A DNA stretch of 64,000 nucleotides from an uncultured Mycoplasmatota bacterium (GTDB taxonomy: Bacteria > Bacillota_I > Bacilli_A > RF39 > UBA660): contig URQZ01000006.1 in assembly GCA_900550255.1 (NCBI GenBank), forward strand, positions 3,392 to 67,391, written 5' to 3'. The notes below the pieces were generated by a model. It was not told where the DNA came from and made no database searches. It saw only the letters and a program-made list of their open reading frames with translations. The stretch's first letter is position 1. Every line of letters starts with the position of its first letter. The translations under genes were made by a program, and so were the position numbers. This document shows, one piece after another, positions 51,534-61,356 of this stretch.

Positions 51534-52087
51534 AAAATATAATAATAATTGGACCATCTAGAGTTGGAAAATCTACATTGGCATCTATATTGTGTGCGAA
51601 ATATAATTTTAATTATATGAGTGGTGATAGCATTAGAAATGCTTTCATTAATATATATCCTGAACTTGGATATACAGTAGAAAATACTATTGAGAATAAA
51701 GATTTTTGTAAATTTATTAACTTTATAATTAATGAAAACAATATACATTTAAAAAGAAATATTTATTATGTTATTGATTCGGCTGATATTTTAATTAAAA
51801 ATGCTAAAGAAATATTTAAAAATTCTTTAATAATTGGTATTGGATGTAAAGAAATTTCTGCTGAAAAATTGAAAAATAAAATATTAGAACATGATATTAA
51901 TCTTGATTGGACTTATGGATACCGTGAGGAAGATCTTTTATCTATTTCAAAAGAAACAATTAATAATAGTATAAATCTTTATAATGAATGTATTTTAAAT
52001 AATATTTGTTATTTTGATACTTCATTAGATAGATATGAAACATATAATGATATTTATAAATATATAGAAAGCAATATTGAGGTATAA
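51530..52087 (+). CDS. P-loop kinase-like protein, diverged tandem paralogue of the upstream gene
   Basis: 'MKNIIIIGPSRVGKSTLASIL'. Aligns along its length with the upstream protein (FINxxxxN..L......Y.I.S..I). ATGA overlap after AAGGAGA. Confidence 0.55.
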   Translation: MKNIIIIGPSRVGKSTLASILCAKYNFNYMSGDSIRNAFINIYPELGYTVENTIENKDFCKFINFIINENNIHLKRNIYYVIDSADILIKNAKEIFKNSLIIGIGCKEISAEKLKNKILEHDINLDWTYGYREEDLLSISKETINNSINLYNECILNNICYFDTSLDRYETYNDIYKYIESNIEV

Positions 52088-52089
52088 TT

Positions 52090-52686
52090 ATGGATAGAAT
52101 ATTTTTATTTGATCTTGGAAATGTTTTGGCAAAATCTTTAGATGATTATGGTTTGTATAACAAATTAAATTGTAAAATTCCCTATGATGAATTTTTAAAA
52201 TACTGGTGGGGTGATGAGTTAGTTTTAAAAGCTCATATGGGACTTGCTACAGATGATGAACATGTTGAAGCGTTATTGAAATTCTGTAAGAGTGATTTAT
52301 CAATTAAACAATTTTATGAAATATATAATGGTTTAGATAATTCTTTATATGATGATACTGTTGAAATTATAAATGACTTAAAAAATAAAGGGTATAAGAT
52401 CGGAATCTTATCCAATCTTAGATTAATGGATTACAAAAGATATAAACAACAAATTGAAAAAATAAATTTTGATTATATATTTTTATCATATGAAATGAAA
52501 TGTATAAAACCATCTAGCGATATTTATTTACAAGTGATTGATGTACTTGATTGTGAAGCAGATAATATAATATTTTTTGATGATAATCAAAGGAATGTAA
52601 ATGGCGCAAAACAACTTGGCATTAACGCTTATCAAGTAACAGGCGAAAATATAAAAGAAATTTTTTATAAAATAATAAATATATAA
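52090..52686 (+). CDS. HAD superfamily hydrolase, subfamily IA (YihX-like phosphatase)
   Basis: Motif I 'IFLFDLGNVL', motif II 'ILSN' and motif IV 'FFDDNQRNV'. Confidence 0.65.
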   Translation: MDRIFLFDLGNVLAKSLDDYGLYNKLNCKIPYDEFLKYWWGDELVLKAHMGLATDDEHVEALLKFCKSDLSIKQFYEIYNGLDNSLYDDTVEIINDLKNKGYKIGILSNLRLMDYKRYKQQIEKINFDYIFLSYEMKCIKPSSDIYLQVIDVLDCEADNIIFFDDNQRNVNGAKQLGINAYQVTGENIKEIFYKIINI

Positions 52687-52793
52687 TATAAATTTATGCT
52701 AATTGCTTTATAAGAAGATTAATACATACATAATAAACATTCTTAATAGTTATACGTTTATTATGAAGTAGTCAATTATAAACATACACATAA

Positions 52794-52871
52794 AATACAG
52801 TTATTCATAATAGACATTCATATCATGTTGAGTGTGTGACGATATTACATCGAAAAAAGATTGAAAAATAA
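52794..52871 (+). pseudogene. Remnant of an rlmD 3' terminus (encodes ...SYHVECVTILHRKKIEK*)
   Basis: Shares the 17-mer TATCATGTTGAGTGTGT at 52821..52837 with the rlmD 3' end and encodes the same YHVECV..L.R C-terminal motif. It sits in otherwise noncoding DNA. Confidence 0.45.
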
Positions 52872-53046
52872 AAGCTTTTGTTAGAATTGAAAATCAAGTT
52901 TAGATGGATAAGGTGACTCTACATTTAATGATAAAACATTTGTTGTTTTTGAAAGGCTTAAATTAATAAAAAATACAAAATGTAAATATAAATTGATGGA
53001 AATATTATTCTTTAATGATAAGACGTTTCAATAGAAGGAGTAAATA

Positions 53047-53841
53047 ATGGATTATAAACAAATAAACAAATTTGTAAAAGTGATACAAAAACATGAAAAT
53101 ATAAATGTTATGGTCAAAAATATTACAAGTGATACTATTTTATATAATTATCAAGAAAATAACATTTTTGTTTCTGCTAGTATTATAAAAGTTCCTATTA
53201 TGTTAGCTATATTAAATTATGTGTTGAATAGTGATATTAAATTATATAGTTACATTAATATAGATAAAGATGATATATTGAGTGATAATAAATGTTTTAA
53301 AAAGGAAATATATCAATATAGCATAGAAGAATTAATAACATGGATGATTACAGTGTCTGATAATTCATCTACAAATGTATTAATTAAATATTTAGGTTTT
53401 GAAAAGATTAACAAATATTTTAAAGAAATAGGATTAAAAAATACTAAATTAGAGAGATATATGCTTGATGAGGAAGCTATAAATAAAGGTAAAAATAATT
53501 ATACTTCACTAAACGATATGTATAAATGTTTTAAATATATAATAAATAAAGAAATTTTGACAAATGAATTTTGCGATTTAGCACTAAGTATATTATATAA
53601 ACAAAAGGTAAATAATCAAATTAATAAATATATTAAAAATATTAAATTTGCACATAAAACAGGATCCCTTGAGTATTTGAATAGTGATGTTGGCATTTTT
53701 GAATTAAATAAACAAATATATTTTATTGGAATTTCAGTATACGATACTCCAGAGAAAAATGGAGATCGAGAAAATGTTGGAAGATTATCCGAAATAATTT
53801 ATAAATATATTCTGGAGCAAAATTTATTATGTAGTAGTTAG
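53047..53841 (+). CDS. Class A beta-lactamase-fold serine hydrolase without a signal peptide
   Basis: 'SASIIKVPI' (SxxK), 'VSDNSSTN' (SDN) and 'HKTGS' (KTG). No N-terminal signal sequence. Confidence 0.6.
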   Translation: MDYKQINKFVKVIQKHENINVMVKNITSDTILYNYQENNIFVSASIIKVPIMLAILNYVLNSDIKLYSYINIDKDDILSDNKCFKKEIYQYSIEELITWMITVSDNSSTNVLIKYLGFEKINKYFKEIGLKNTKLERYMLDEEAINKGKNNYTSLNDMYKCFKYIINKEILTNEFCDLALSILYKQKVNNQINKYIKNIKFAHKTGSLEYLNSDVGIFELNKQIYFIGISVYDTPEKNGDRENVGRLSEIIYKYILEQNLLCSS

Positions 53842-53908
53842 TTACACAAAAACAATTATTTATAATTGATTATTATATGATTTAAGTGTAAAAAGAAAGG
53901 GAATAGCT

Positions 53909-54613
53909 ATGGATGTAAATAAAAAAATTTTTGTTAGTGATTATGATCAGACTTTTTATTTAAATGATGAAGATATAGAAAAAAATAAAATAGCTATAAA
54001 TGAATTTCGGAAAAAAGGAAATATTTTTGTTATTGCAACAGGCAGAAGCTATTTTGATTTTCAAAATAAAGTTGATGAATATAATCTCAATTATGATTAT
54101 GTAATTATAAATCATGGAGCAACAATACTAGATAAAAATAATAATATATTAATTAATTTTCCAATAAAAAATGAAATAATACCACATATAAAGAATGATT
54201 TGCAACTTGAAAAATCTATCAAAGGTTTTTGTTGCAGTGGATTAGAAAGTAGAGTTGATTTTAATCATAAAAACTTAACTAAAATAAATGCAAGATATAA
54301 TTCAAAAGAAGAAGCAATGAAAATAAATGATAATATTAATGCTAAATATTTTGAATTTGTCAATTCTTATTACGTTACAATAAATTCATTAGAAATAATA
54401 TCTAATAAAACTAACAAATCAAAAGCAATAGATTTGTTAATAAATAAATTAAAACTATCAAAAGAAAATGTATATACAATTGGTGATGGTTATAGTGATA
54501 TTGAAATGGTTAAAAATTTTAATGGTTATGCCATGAAAAAATCAGTTGATGAATTAAAAAAAGTGGCAAAAAAAGAATATGATAGTGTGTCGGAATTAAT
54601 AAATGAAATATAA
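53909..54613 (+). CDS. HAD superfamily hydrolase, Cof-like (subfamily IIB)
   Basis: 'IFVSDYDQTFY' (motif I DxD), 'VIATGRSY' and 'IGDGYSDIEM'. Confidence 0.65.
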   Translation: MDVNKKIFVSDYDQTFYLNDEDIEKNKIAINEFRKKGNIFVIATGRSYFDFQNKVDEYNLNYDYVIINHGATILDKNNNILINFPIKNEIIPHIKNDLQLEKSIKGFCCSGLESRVDFNHKNLTKINARYNSKEEAMKINDNINAKYFEFVNSYYVTINSLEIISNKTNKSKAIDLLINKLKLSKENVYTIGDGYSDIEMVKNFNGYAMKKSVDELKKVAKKEYDSVSELINEI

Positions 54614-54671
54614 TTATTATAAAAATAAGGAGAATTTTTATGATTAAGGAAGTTAAGAAAAGAAATTTAAT

Positions 54672-55196
54672 ATGAGTTTGTATGAAATTTTAAGTGATGA
54701 AAATGTTGTAGAAAGTATTAACAATAATTTAGATTATTTAGTAAAATGTATTCCTGAAATTAAATATATGATGGGTTTCGAACACAAACATCCACATCAT
54801 CATTTAGATGTATGGCAGCATACTTTATTAGCGCTTAATTTTTCTGAAATTGATTTTGATATAAGATTAACTCTTTTATTACACGACATAGGAAAACCTT
54901 TTTCATTTCAAGAGAAAGATGGAATAAGACATTTTAATGGACATCCAAAGGTTTCAGCTATTATGTCCTATGATATATTAAAAAGAATAGGTTTTGGAGA
55001 AGATTATATCCAAAAAATTTGTTATTATATTAAAAATCATGATAACCCCATATCTAATAAATTAATTGAAAATAATTATAATGATGCAATATTTCTTTAT
55101 AAAATTCAAAAATGTGATGTACTAGCTCATCACCCTGAAAAAATAGAAAAAAGAAAACAATATTTAAAAAAAATAGGTAGTAAATTACAAATTTAA
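54672..55196 (+). CDS. HD-domain phosphohydrolase (CCA-enzyme-type HD domain, stand-alone)
   Basis: 'HHHLDVWQHTL...LLLHDIGKPF'. Confidence 0.6.
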   Translation: MSLYEILSDENVVESINNNLDYLVKCIPEIKYMMGFEHKHPHHHLDVWQHTLLALNFSEIDFDIRLTLLLHDIGKPFSFQEKDGIRHFNGHPKVSAIMSYDILKRIGFGEDYIQKICYYIKNHDNPISNKLIENNYNDAIFLYKIQKCDVLAHHPEKIEKRKQYLKKIGSKLQI

Positions 55197-55296
55197 TAAA
55201 TGGCAATAGTTTTTTTAAAATAATTTAAATGTAATTATAAAAAAGTAATTATTAAAACTTAATTTGTTTGATATATTAATAGTATAATCAATTTAG

Positions 55297-55435
55297 GAAA
55301 CTTCAATTGTTTGGGTATCTACTCCTATCTTTATTGGTAGCGGTTATAAAAAAATGACACTCATTCAATGAGTGTCGCATCTAAATTATTTAGGTAGACA
55401 TTCAACTCGCAAAATTGAATGTTTCCTTTTTATTG
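55297..55435 (+). ncRNA. Candidate structured RNA, about 140 nt. A 12-bp closing stem (GGAAACTTCAATTG / CAATTGAATGTTTCC, one bulge) encloses an internal hairpin GACACTCA-ttcaa-TGAGTGTC and ends in a U-run.
   Basis: Read directly. Preceded by -10 TATAAT at 55283..55288. Lies upstream of pncC. No family could be assigned. Confidence 0.3.
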
Positions 55436-55611
55436 TATACAAATTTTGTTGACAAATACACGATAACATAAGAAATTTTTTTTGACAAGTTGATAGATTG
55501 CTTTTTAATCATTATTTTCAATATGTTTTGATTTAGTACAATAAAAAACATTAGTAGAAAAAAAGTAAACTTTATAGTACAATAGTATTAATTAATAAAA
55601 TAAGAAAGAAG

Positions 55612-56085
55612 ATGGAAATTTTGAAAGAAATTGTAAATAAATTAATTGAAAAACATATGACTATTTCTACAATGGAGTCTTGTACAGGGGGTTTTGTTGT
55701 TAATGCTATAACTAATATAGAAGGGGCTAGTGAAGTCTTAAAATATAGTGCGATAACTTACTCAAATGAATTTAAAGAGAAAATGGGTGTTGCTAAAAAA
55801 ATAATAGATAAATATAGTGTTTATAGTAAAGAAGTAGCAGATGAAATGAGTAAAAAAATAAGTGCCTTTACAAATTCAGATTATTCTATAGGTGTAACTG
55901 GAAAACTAAATAGAGTAGATGTTAACAATATAAGTGGAGAAAATAATAAGGTTTATTTTAGTATTTATGATAAAAATAACGATAAAATCTATTCCTATGA
56001 ATTATATGTTGATAAGAAAAATAGAATTGAAAATAAAGAACAAGTATTAGAAAAAATAATAAAAGAGTTAAAAAAAATAATATAA
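55612..56085 (+). CDS. pncC: CinA C-terminal domain protein (nicotinamide-nucleotide amidohydrolase PncC-like)
   Basis: 'MTISTMESCTGGFVVNAITNIEGASEVL' is the CinA_C motif. Confidence 0.75.
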   Translation: MEILKEIVNKLIEKHMTISTMESCTGGFVVNAITNIEGASEVLKYSAITYSNEFKEKMGVAKKIIDKYSVYSKEVADEMSKKISAFTNSDYSIGVTGKLNRVDVNNISGENNKVYFSIYDKNNDKIYSYELYVDKKNRIENKEQVLEKIIKELKKII

Positions 56086-56113
56086 AGCTTAATTATATTT
56101 AAAAAATAATTAA

Positions 56114-56143
56114 AAAAGTTTCTTGATTAACTTTTTTTTTTTT
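56114..56143 (+). terminator. Rho-independent terminator
   Basis: AAAAGTT-tcttgatt-AACTTTT plus an 11-T run. Confidence 0.7.
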
Positions 56144-56186
56144 ACTTTTTAGTTTATACTATATATGTAAAGATAGGGGTGGCATT

Positions 56187-57767
56187 GTGATATTAAGAAA
56201 ACCATTTGCATTTTTTATTAAACATTTTAGATTTATCCATCTAATTCTTGCTATATGTGCTGTTTATTTAATTACAAAAACTAATGCAATTCTTAGTTTT
56301 TATTTAGAATACATGGATATAATGTCAATTTCACCTGGTACTTCAGTTTCAACTGATTTGTTTAATAGTATGTTATGGATTAGTACTATTGTTATTATTT
56401 TAGGTAGCATTTTAATCGCATTTCTTATGAAATTTAAGAAAAAGCCAATTCGTTTTTATAAAATTAATATTATAGTTTATATTGTATTGATTTTAATATA
56501 TATATTCGCACATGGTACTATTAAAAGTTTAGAAATAGGACTAGTTGATATTAGAACTTTAAAAATGGTTCAAGATTTTCTTGTTATTGCTATGATTCTT
56601 CAAGTGCCAAGTACAATATCACTAGTAATAAGAGCTTTAGGGTTTGACATTAAAAAATTCGATTTTGAAAGGGATTTAGAAGAACTAGAAATCACTTCTG
56701 AGGACAATGAAGAAATAGAAGTTAACTTAGAATTTGATTTTGATAAATTTAAAAGAAATATAAGAAAACAAATTCGTCATTTTAAGTATGTGTACTTTGA
56801 GAATAAAACTATAATTAATGTTATATTTACAATTTCTTTAGTTATTATAGGTATAATAGTTTATTTAAATATAGGTGTTTATAATCGAGCATATCATGAA
56901 AATCAAAGATTTAATGTTACAAACTATCAGATTAGTGTTAATGATTCATATCAAGTTAAAACTGATTATAATGGAAACTCAATAGAGAATAAAGCTTCTT
57001 TTATTGTTGTAAGTTTAAAATTAAAAAGCAATTATTTAGATAAGACAAAATTTGAGACGGCACGAATAGCTCTTGAAATAAATAAACATTTATTTTATCC
57101 ACAAAAAGATTATAAAACGGAATTTAGTGATTTAGGGACACTTTATACTAATCAAAATATTACAAAAGATGATAATAATTATATAGTTGTTTTTGAAATA
57201 CCAAGTACTTATCAAAACAAGAAAATGAAATTAAAATATTTTGATTACAATGATAAAGAAGTAACTATTAATATAAAACCAAATAGTTTTAAAGACTCAA
57301 AATTATATAATTACAATTTAGGTGATACTATTAAACTTAATGATAGTATTTTAGGAAATACAACTTTAAAAATTGATTCATTAGAAGTAAATGATTATTT
57401 TAAAAGTAATTATAAATTATGTATAGATGGTAATTGTATTGATTCATATGAATATTTAGTTCCAACTTATACGGGTAATGAAGATAAGGCTTTAATTAAG
57501 GTTACAGGAAATCTTAATTGGGATAAAAATAAAAAAATAAGTGAAATTGATAATTTATATAAATTTATTGAAATTTATGGTAAAGTTTCTTATGTTTTAA
57601 ATGGAGAAGAAAAAGATGTGAATATTAATTTAAAACAAGTAAAACCTAATAAGGTAAGTGATGATAATACTTATTACATAGAGGTAAATAAGGAAGTTAA
57701 AGATGCAAGTAAAATTTATCTTAGTTTTGTAATACGTGATAAAGAATATAAATATGCTGTTAAATAA
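56187..57767 (+). CDS. Membrane protein: 4-5 N-terminal TM, an acidic linker, then a large extracytoplasmic beta-rich domain
   Basis: GTG start after AGGGGTGG. Function unknown. First gene of the putative Tad-like locus. Confidence 0.5.
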   Translation: MILRKPFAFFIKHFRFIHLILAICAVYLITKTNAILSFYLEYMDIMSISPGTSVSTDLFNSMLWISTIVIILGSILIAFLMKFKKKPIRFYKINIIVYIVLILIYIFAHGTIKSLEIGLVDIRTLKMVQDFLVIAMILQVPSTISLVIRALGFDIKKFDFERDLEELEITSEDNEEIEVNLEFDFDKFKRNIRKQIRHFKYVYFENKTIINVIFTISLVIIGIIVYLNIGVYNRAYHENQRFNVTNYQISVNDSYQVKTDYNGNSIENKASFIVVSLKLKSNYLDKTKFETARIALEINKHLFYPQKDYKTEFSDLGTLYTNQNITKDDNNYIVVFEIPSTYQNKKMKLKYFDYNDKEVTINIKPNSFKDSKLYNYNLGDTIKLNDSILGNTTLKIDSLEVNDYFKSNYKLCIDGNCIDSYEYLVPTYTGNEDKALIKVTGNLNWDKNKKISEIDNLYKFIEIYGKVSYVLNGEEKDVNINLKQVKPNKVSDDNTYYIEVNKEVKDASKIYLSFVIRDKEYKYAVK

Positions 57768-57848
57768 TGTCAAATTTATAAAATTTTTGTTTGTGAATTT
57801 TATTAGATGATGTTATAATGATACTAGTACTATTATAGGAGGGAATAT

Positions 57849-58475
57849 ATGAAGAAAAGAGCATTTATAATGATGTCATTTATATGTTTATTAGTATTTC
57901 CTTTTAGTATTAAAGCTTTTTGTTATAGCAAGGATAAAATTAAGTTTCAAAAATTAGCTGAAAATATTGATTATACTTATACTTTTGATGAAAATACTAA
58001 AACATTTAATATTATTTTTACTAATCTTCAAACTAGTCTTTCTCTTAATGAAGTAGTTTATCCTGATCAGGAGACGACTCTTACTGGTTTTATACCTGGT
58101 AATAGTTATAACTTTGTGGTTAAGACAAATGATAGTTCTTGTTATGATGAAACAATTAAAACTATATATGTTAATTTACCTATTTATAATGCAAATTATA
58201 ATGATCCTTTATGTCAAGGATTACATGATTATGATATTTGTCAAAAATGGGGAAAGTATATTAGTAATAGAAGTGAGTTTGAAAAACAAGTTCAAAAAAT
58301 AAATAGTAGTACAAAAGAAGATAATAGTGAAGAAGAAACACAAAAAGAGTATAAAGGAATATTTGATTATTTAGCCAATATTTTTGTTAATTCATATTAT
58401 GTTGTTTTACCAATTATAATTGTAATTTGTTTGTTTGGTATTTATAGATTGAATAAAAAGGAAAAATTGTTTTAG
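57849..58475 (+). CDS. Cys-rich secreted/membrane-anchored protein (signal peptide plus C-terminal TM)
   Basis: 'MKKRAFIMMSFICLLVFPFSIKA' signal peptide, 8 Cys, C-terminal 'YYVVLPIIIVICLFGIY'. Preceded by -10 TATAAT and RBS AGGAGGG. Confidence 0.5.
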   Translation: MKKRAFIMMSFICLLVFPFSIKAFCYSKDKIKFQKLAENIDYTYTFDENTKTFNIIFTNLQTSLSLNEVVYPDQETTLTGFIPGNSYNFVVKTNDSSCYDETIKTIYVNLPIYNANYNDPLCQGLHDYDICQKWGKYISNRSEFEKQVQKINSSTKEDNSEEETQKEYKGIFDYLANIFVNSYYVVLPIIIVICLFGIYRLNKKEKLF

Positions 58476-58485
58476 GAGGTAGAAA

Positions 58486-61338
58486 ATGAAAAAAAAGATT
58501 TTAAGATTATTTATTTGTTTTTTAGCTGCTATCAGTTGCTTTTTATTTAATAATGACATTGTTAAGGCAGATGATGAAATAGAAATTGATTCAAACGGAA
58601 CCCCTGGTAGTGGTGGAAAAGATCCCTGTGATCCATGGTCATATGTTTGTATTTACAATTACGCAGCTTTTAAGGTTACTTATTATCCTGCAAAGGGAGC
58701 CCCAAAATCTAAAATTTATTATACTGATAAGTATAAATCAAATCCATTCAGCAAAAATGGTTTAAATGGAACAAAAGACAGGAATGGTTTTTCCAAAACG
58801 AAAGATACGAAAGCTAAGGAAATTAATTTTCAAAAAATGGGGCTTGGAATTGTTCCTAAAAGTTTTACTTCCGTAGCAGCTCAGGGAATGTATGAAAAAT
58901 TATGGAATAAGATGACTGATCCAAATAGTAAATTAGTTAATGAAATTTTTAGTGATTTGACTGGTGCTAATGGAAACATTGCTGAATTTGTTAAAAACCA
59001 TAAAGATGATTATTTCTTTGTTGAACCTCTTTATCAAGTTAAAATTCAAAAGTGGAAAGATGCTCAAATTGCAGTTCATACTAAACAAGGAAAATTTAAA
59101 AGTTATTTGGGAACTACATATGGGGTTGCGCATCAGGTATCTGTAATAAGTTTTAACGAATGTAAAAGTAGTGGTGGTAGCAATTGTGACGAGATATATT
59201 TTAGTCGTAAAGAAAAATATCATGTTTCTAGAATTGCTAATAGTCTAAGACTAGAAAAAAAAGTTAAAGTAGGCAGTGTAGAATTAGCCGCGGGAACTCC
59301 TAAGGCAAAAAAAGGAACAACAAAAATGAATGATTTAATAAAAGATAATAAGGGATACGGAATAGGAGCAATAAAATTACGATCATATCCTGTTCCTGAT
59401 GAACCACCAGAAGATCAAAATAGCGGAACTTGTTATTCATATTTTGAAAAAAAATCCCCGGCTTCATGTGAAAAAGAAACAGATAGTTATCAGACGGAAA
59501 TAGAAGAAGTTACAGTTGGAGAATCTACACCAAATGCAAAGTCTTGCTCTGATGACAATTTAAATTCAGATGGTAGTCATCAGAGTCAATCTATTTATGG
59601 TAAAAAGACAGATAGAACTGCAGGTGGTATCCAAGTTGGTAATTATTGTGCTATTTATTGTACAAAAAATATAAAATTTTCTACTGATATTGGGAAGATA
59701 GTTGGTGTAAAAGAAATTTCGCCACTTCCAAATATAACTAATAGTTCGACAGCTTATACACAAAATTTGAAGATAGAAAAAGAAGTGAAATACACATGCC
59801 ATGCAGATGTGACAAAATATTATGGGGCTGATAAACCAACTGATGATTGGTTTACAAGTTTAAGTGGTAATAATTATGCCCAAGCTTATTATGAAATAGA
59901 AAAAATAAAAAAACGATATGATATGGCTCAAGCCCTAAACTCATCCGATAGTAATATTGAAGAATATAAAAAGGCAGAGGCAAAAATTATAAGTGAATTA
60001 TACTTTTGTGCTTATTATGAGGTTTTTAAATCTGAATTTGAAAATTCAACTGACTCTTTTTTAAAAATAAAAATAGGTAATACTGAAAAAGAATTAACCG
60101 CAAACAATTTGATAAATAGAGAAAATGAATTTGTTTCACCAAAAAAAACATCCCCATTTAATAGTTGGTATGATATTTTGTGGGATGGTTCCAGCGATTT
60201 TGGAGAACATATAAAAAATGTGGAACGACTAGTTAATGATATAATCAATCAAGGTTACACATATTATACAAGCTCAGATATTTATTCGCTAAAATCAACC
60301 TCCAAATATGGCTTAGATTTAACACAAAAAGATTCAATTGACAATAAGAAGGAATATGGAAACGTTGCTGATGATAATATTAATGATAATAGTGTTTGTA
60401 AAATAAAACAAAAACTAAAAGATAATGGTCAAACAGAAAATACAGCTAAGATTTCAATAGTAGGCCATGACAATCTGGTTTGTACAGAAAATGATGATAA
60501 AACAATAGAATATTCACCTAATATAGTTGCTGAATGTCCTGCTAATACATATCATGCTGGAACAAATGCATATTATTGGTTGGCGAATAGTTTAATAACT
60601 GATGATTCTTTGAAGAAAAAAGCGTTAGACGGAGTAAACAGTACAGAGGCAATTGATATGTTTTGTAATAATAAAACATTAGAAAAATTTGATGGCGGAT
60701 ATGAACAGATAATAAATGAAGATGGTAGTGCTGTTTTAGATGATTGTTTGATGGCTGGAGTACCATTAAAGCAATGTCAAAAAAATGCTGGTAAAACCTA
60801 TGAATGTACAGATGTGCAAGGTATAAAAACTGACGTTAGTTATTTTGTCTATTTGAAAGCCAAAGAAAAAAGTATTGATTTTAGCAATATAACACAAATG
60901 AATACAATACTAAAATCAATTGAAAAAGAAAATCCTTATTGTAATGATTCTTGCTATAATGGAGATAAAAATTCAAAAACGTTTGTTTATAGAACTATAT
61001 CATTAGGAGATAAAAAAACATCTTTTCCAGGTAAAAATGGAAACGGACGAACTCCTGGATCAAATTGGAATTCTGATAGTTTAATTGAAAAAATTATCAC
61101 AAATAGACAAGATGTTTATAATAATGAACCAATGTATGAAATTGTTTTGGATTATTCAACGTTGAAAAATGTTAGAAGTGATAACAAAAAAATAAAATAT
61201 GATTATGGAAATTTTAATAATTTAGAATGCAATGAAAATGGAACAGCTTGCATTAGTAAATTTTTAAGGGAAAATATTAGCGTTAATGGAAGATGTTCTA
61301 AGCTTGGTCGAGAAAATTTTTATACTAATTGTAATTAA
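58486..61338 (+). CDS. Large (950 aa) Cys-rich secreted protein, candidate pilus-associated adhesin
   Basis: Signal peptide 'MKKKILRLFICFLAAISCFLFNNDIVKA' and many Cys pairs. No recognisable enzymatic motif. Confidence 0.5.
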   Translation: MKKKILRLFICFLAAISCFLFNNDIVKADDEIEIDSNGTPGSGGKDPCDPWSYVCIYNYAAFKVTYYPAKGAPKSKIYYTDKYKSNPFSKNGLNGTKDRNGFSKTKDTKAKEINFQKMGLGIVPKSFTSVAAQGMYEKLWNKMTDPNSKLVNEIFSDLTGANGNIAEFVKNHKDDYFFVEPLYQVKIQKWKDAQIAVHTKQGKFKSYLGTTYGVAHQVSVISFNECKSSGGSNCDEIYFSRKEKYHVSRIANSLRLEKKVKVGSVELAAGTPKAKKGTTKMNDLIKDNKGYGIGAIKLRSYPVPDEPPEDQNSGTCYSYFEKKSPASCEKETDSYQTEIEEVTVGESTPNAKSCSDDNLNSDGSHQSQSIYGKKTDRTAGGIQVGNYCAIYCTKNIKFSTDIGKIVGVKEISPLPNITNSSTAYTQNLKIEKEVKYTCHADVTKYYGADKPTDDWFTSLSGNNYAQAYYEIEKIKKRYDMAQALNSSDSNIEEYKKAEAKIISELYFCAYYEVFKSEFENSTDSFLKIKIGNTEKELTANNLINRENEFVSPKKTSPFNSWYDILWDGSSDFGEHIKNVERLVNDIINQGYTYYTSSDIYSLKSTSKYGLDLTQKDSIDNKKEYGNVADDNINDNSVCKIKQKLKDNGQTENTAKISIVGHDNLVCTENDDKTIEYSPNIVAECPANTYHAGTNAYYWLANSLITDDSLKKKALDGVNSTEAIDMFCNNKTLEKFDGGYEQIINEDGSAVLDDCLMAGVPLKQCQKNAGKTYECTDVQGIKTDVSYFVYLKAKEKSIDFSNITQMNTILKSIEKENPYCNDSCYNGDKNSKTFVYRTISLGDKKTSFPGKNGNGRTPGSNWNSDSLIEKIITNRQDVYNNEPMYEIVLDYSTLKNVRSDNKKIKYDYGNFNNLECNENGTACISKFLRENISVNGRCSKLGRENFYTNCN

Positions 61339-61356
61339 TGAAAGGAGTTAATAAAA

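Noticed and set aside
52870-52880. AAAAGCTTTT palindrome after the rlmD remnant as a regulatory site
   Set aside because: A 10-bp self-complementary AT-rich string with no loop and no partner; likely chance.
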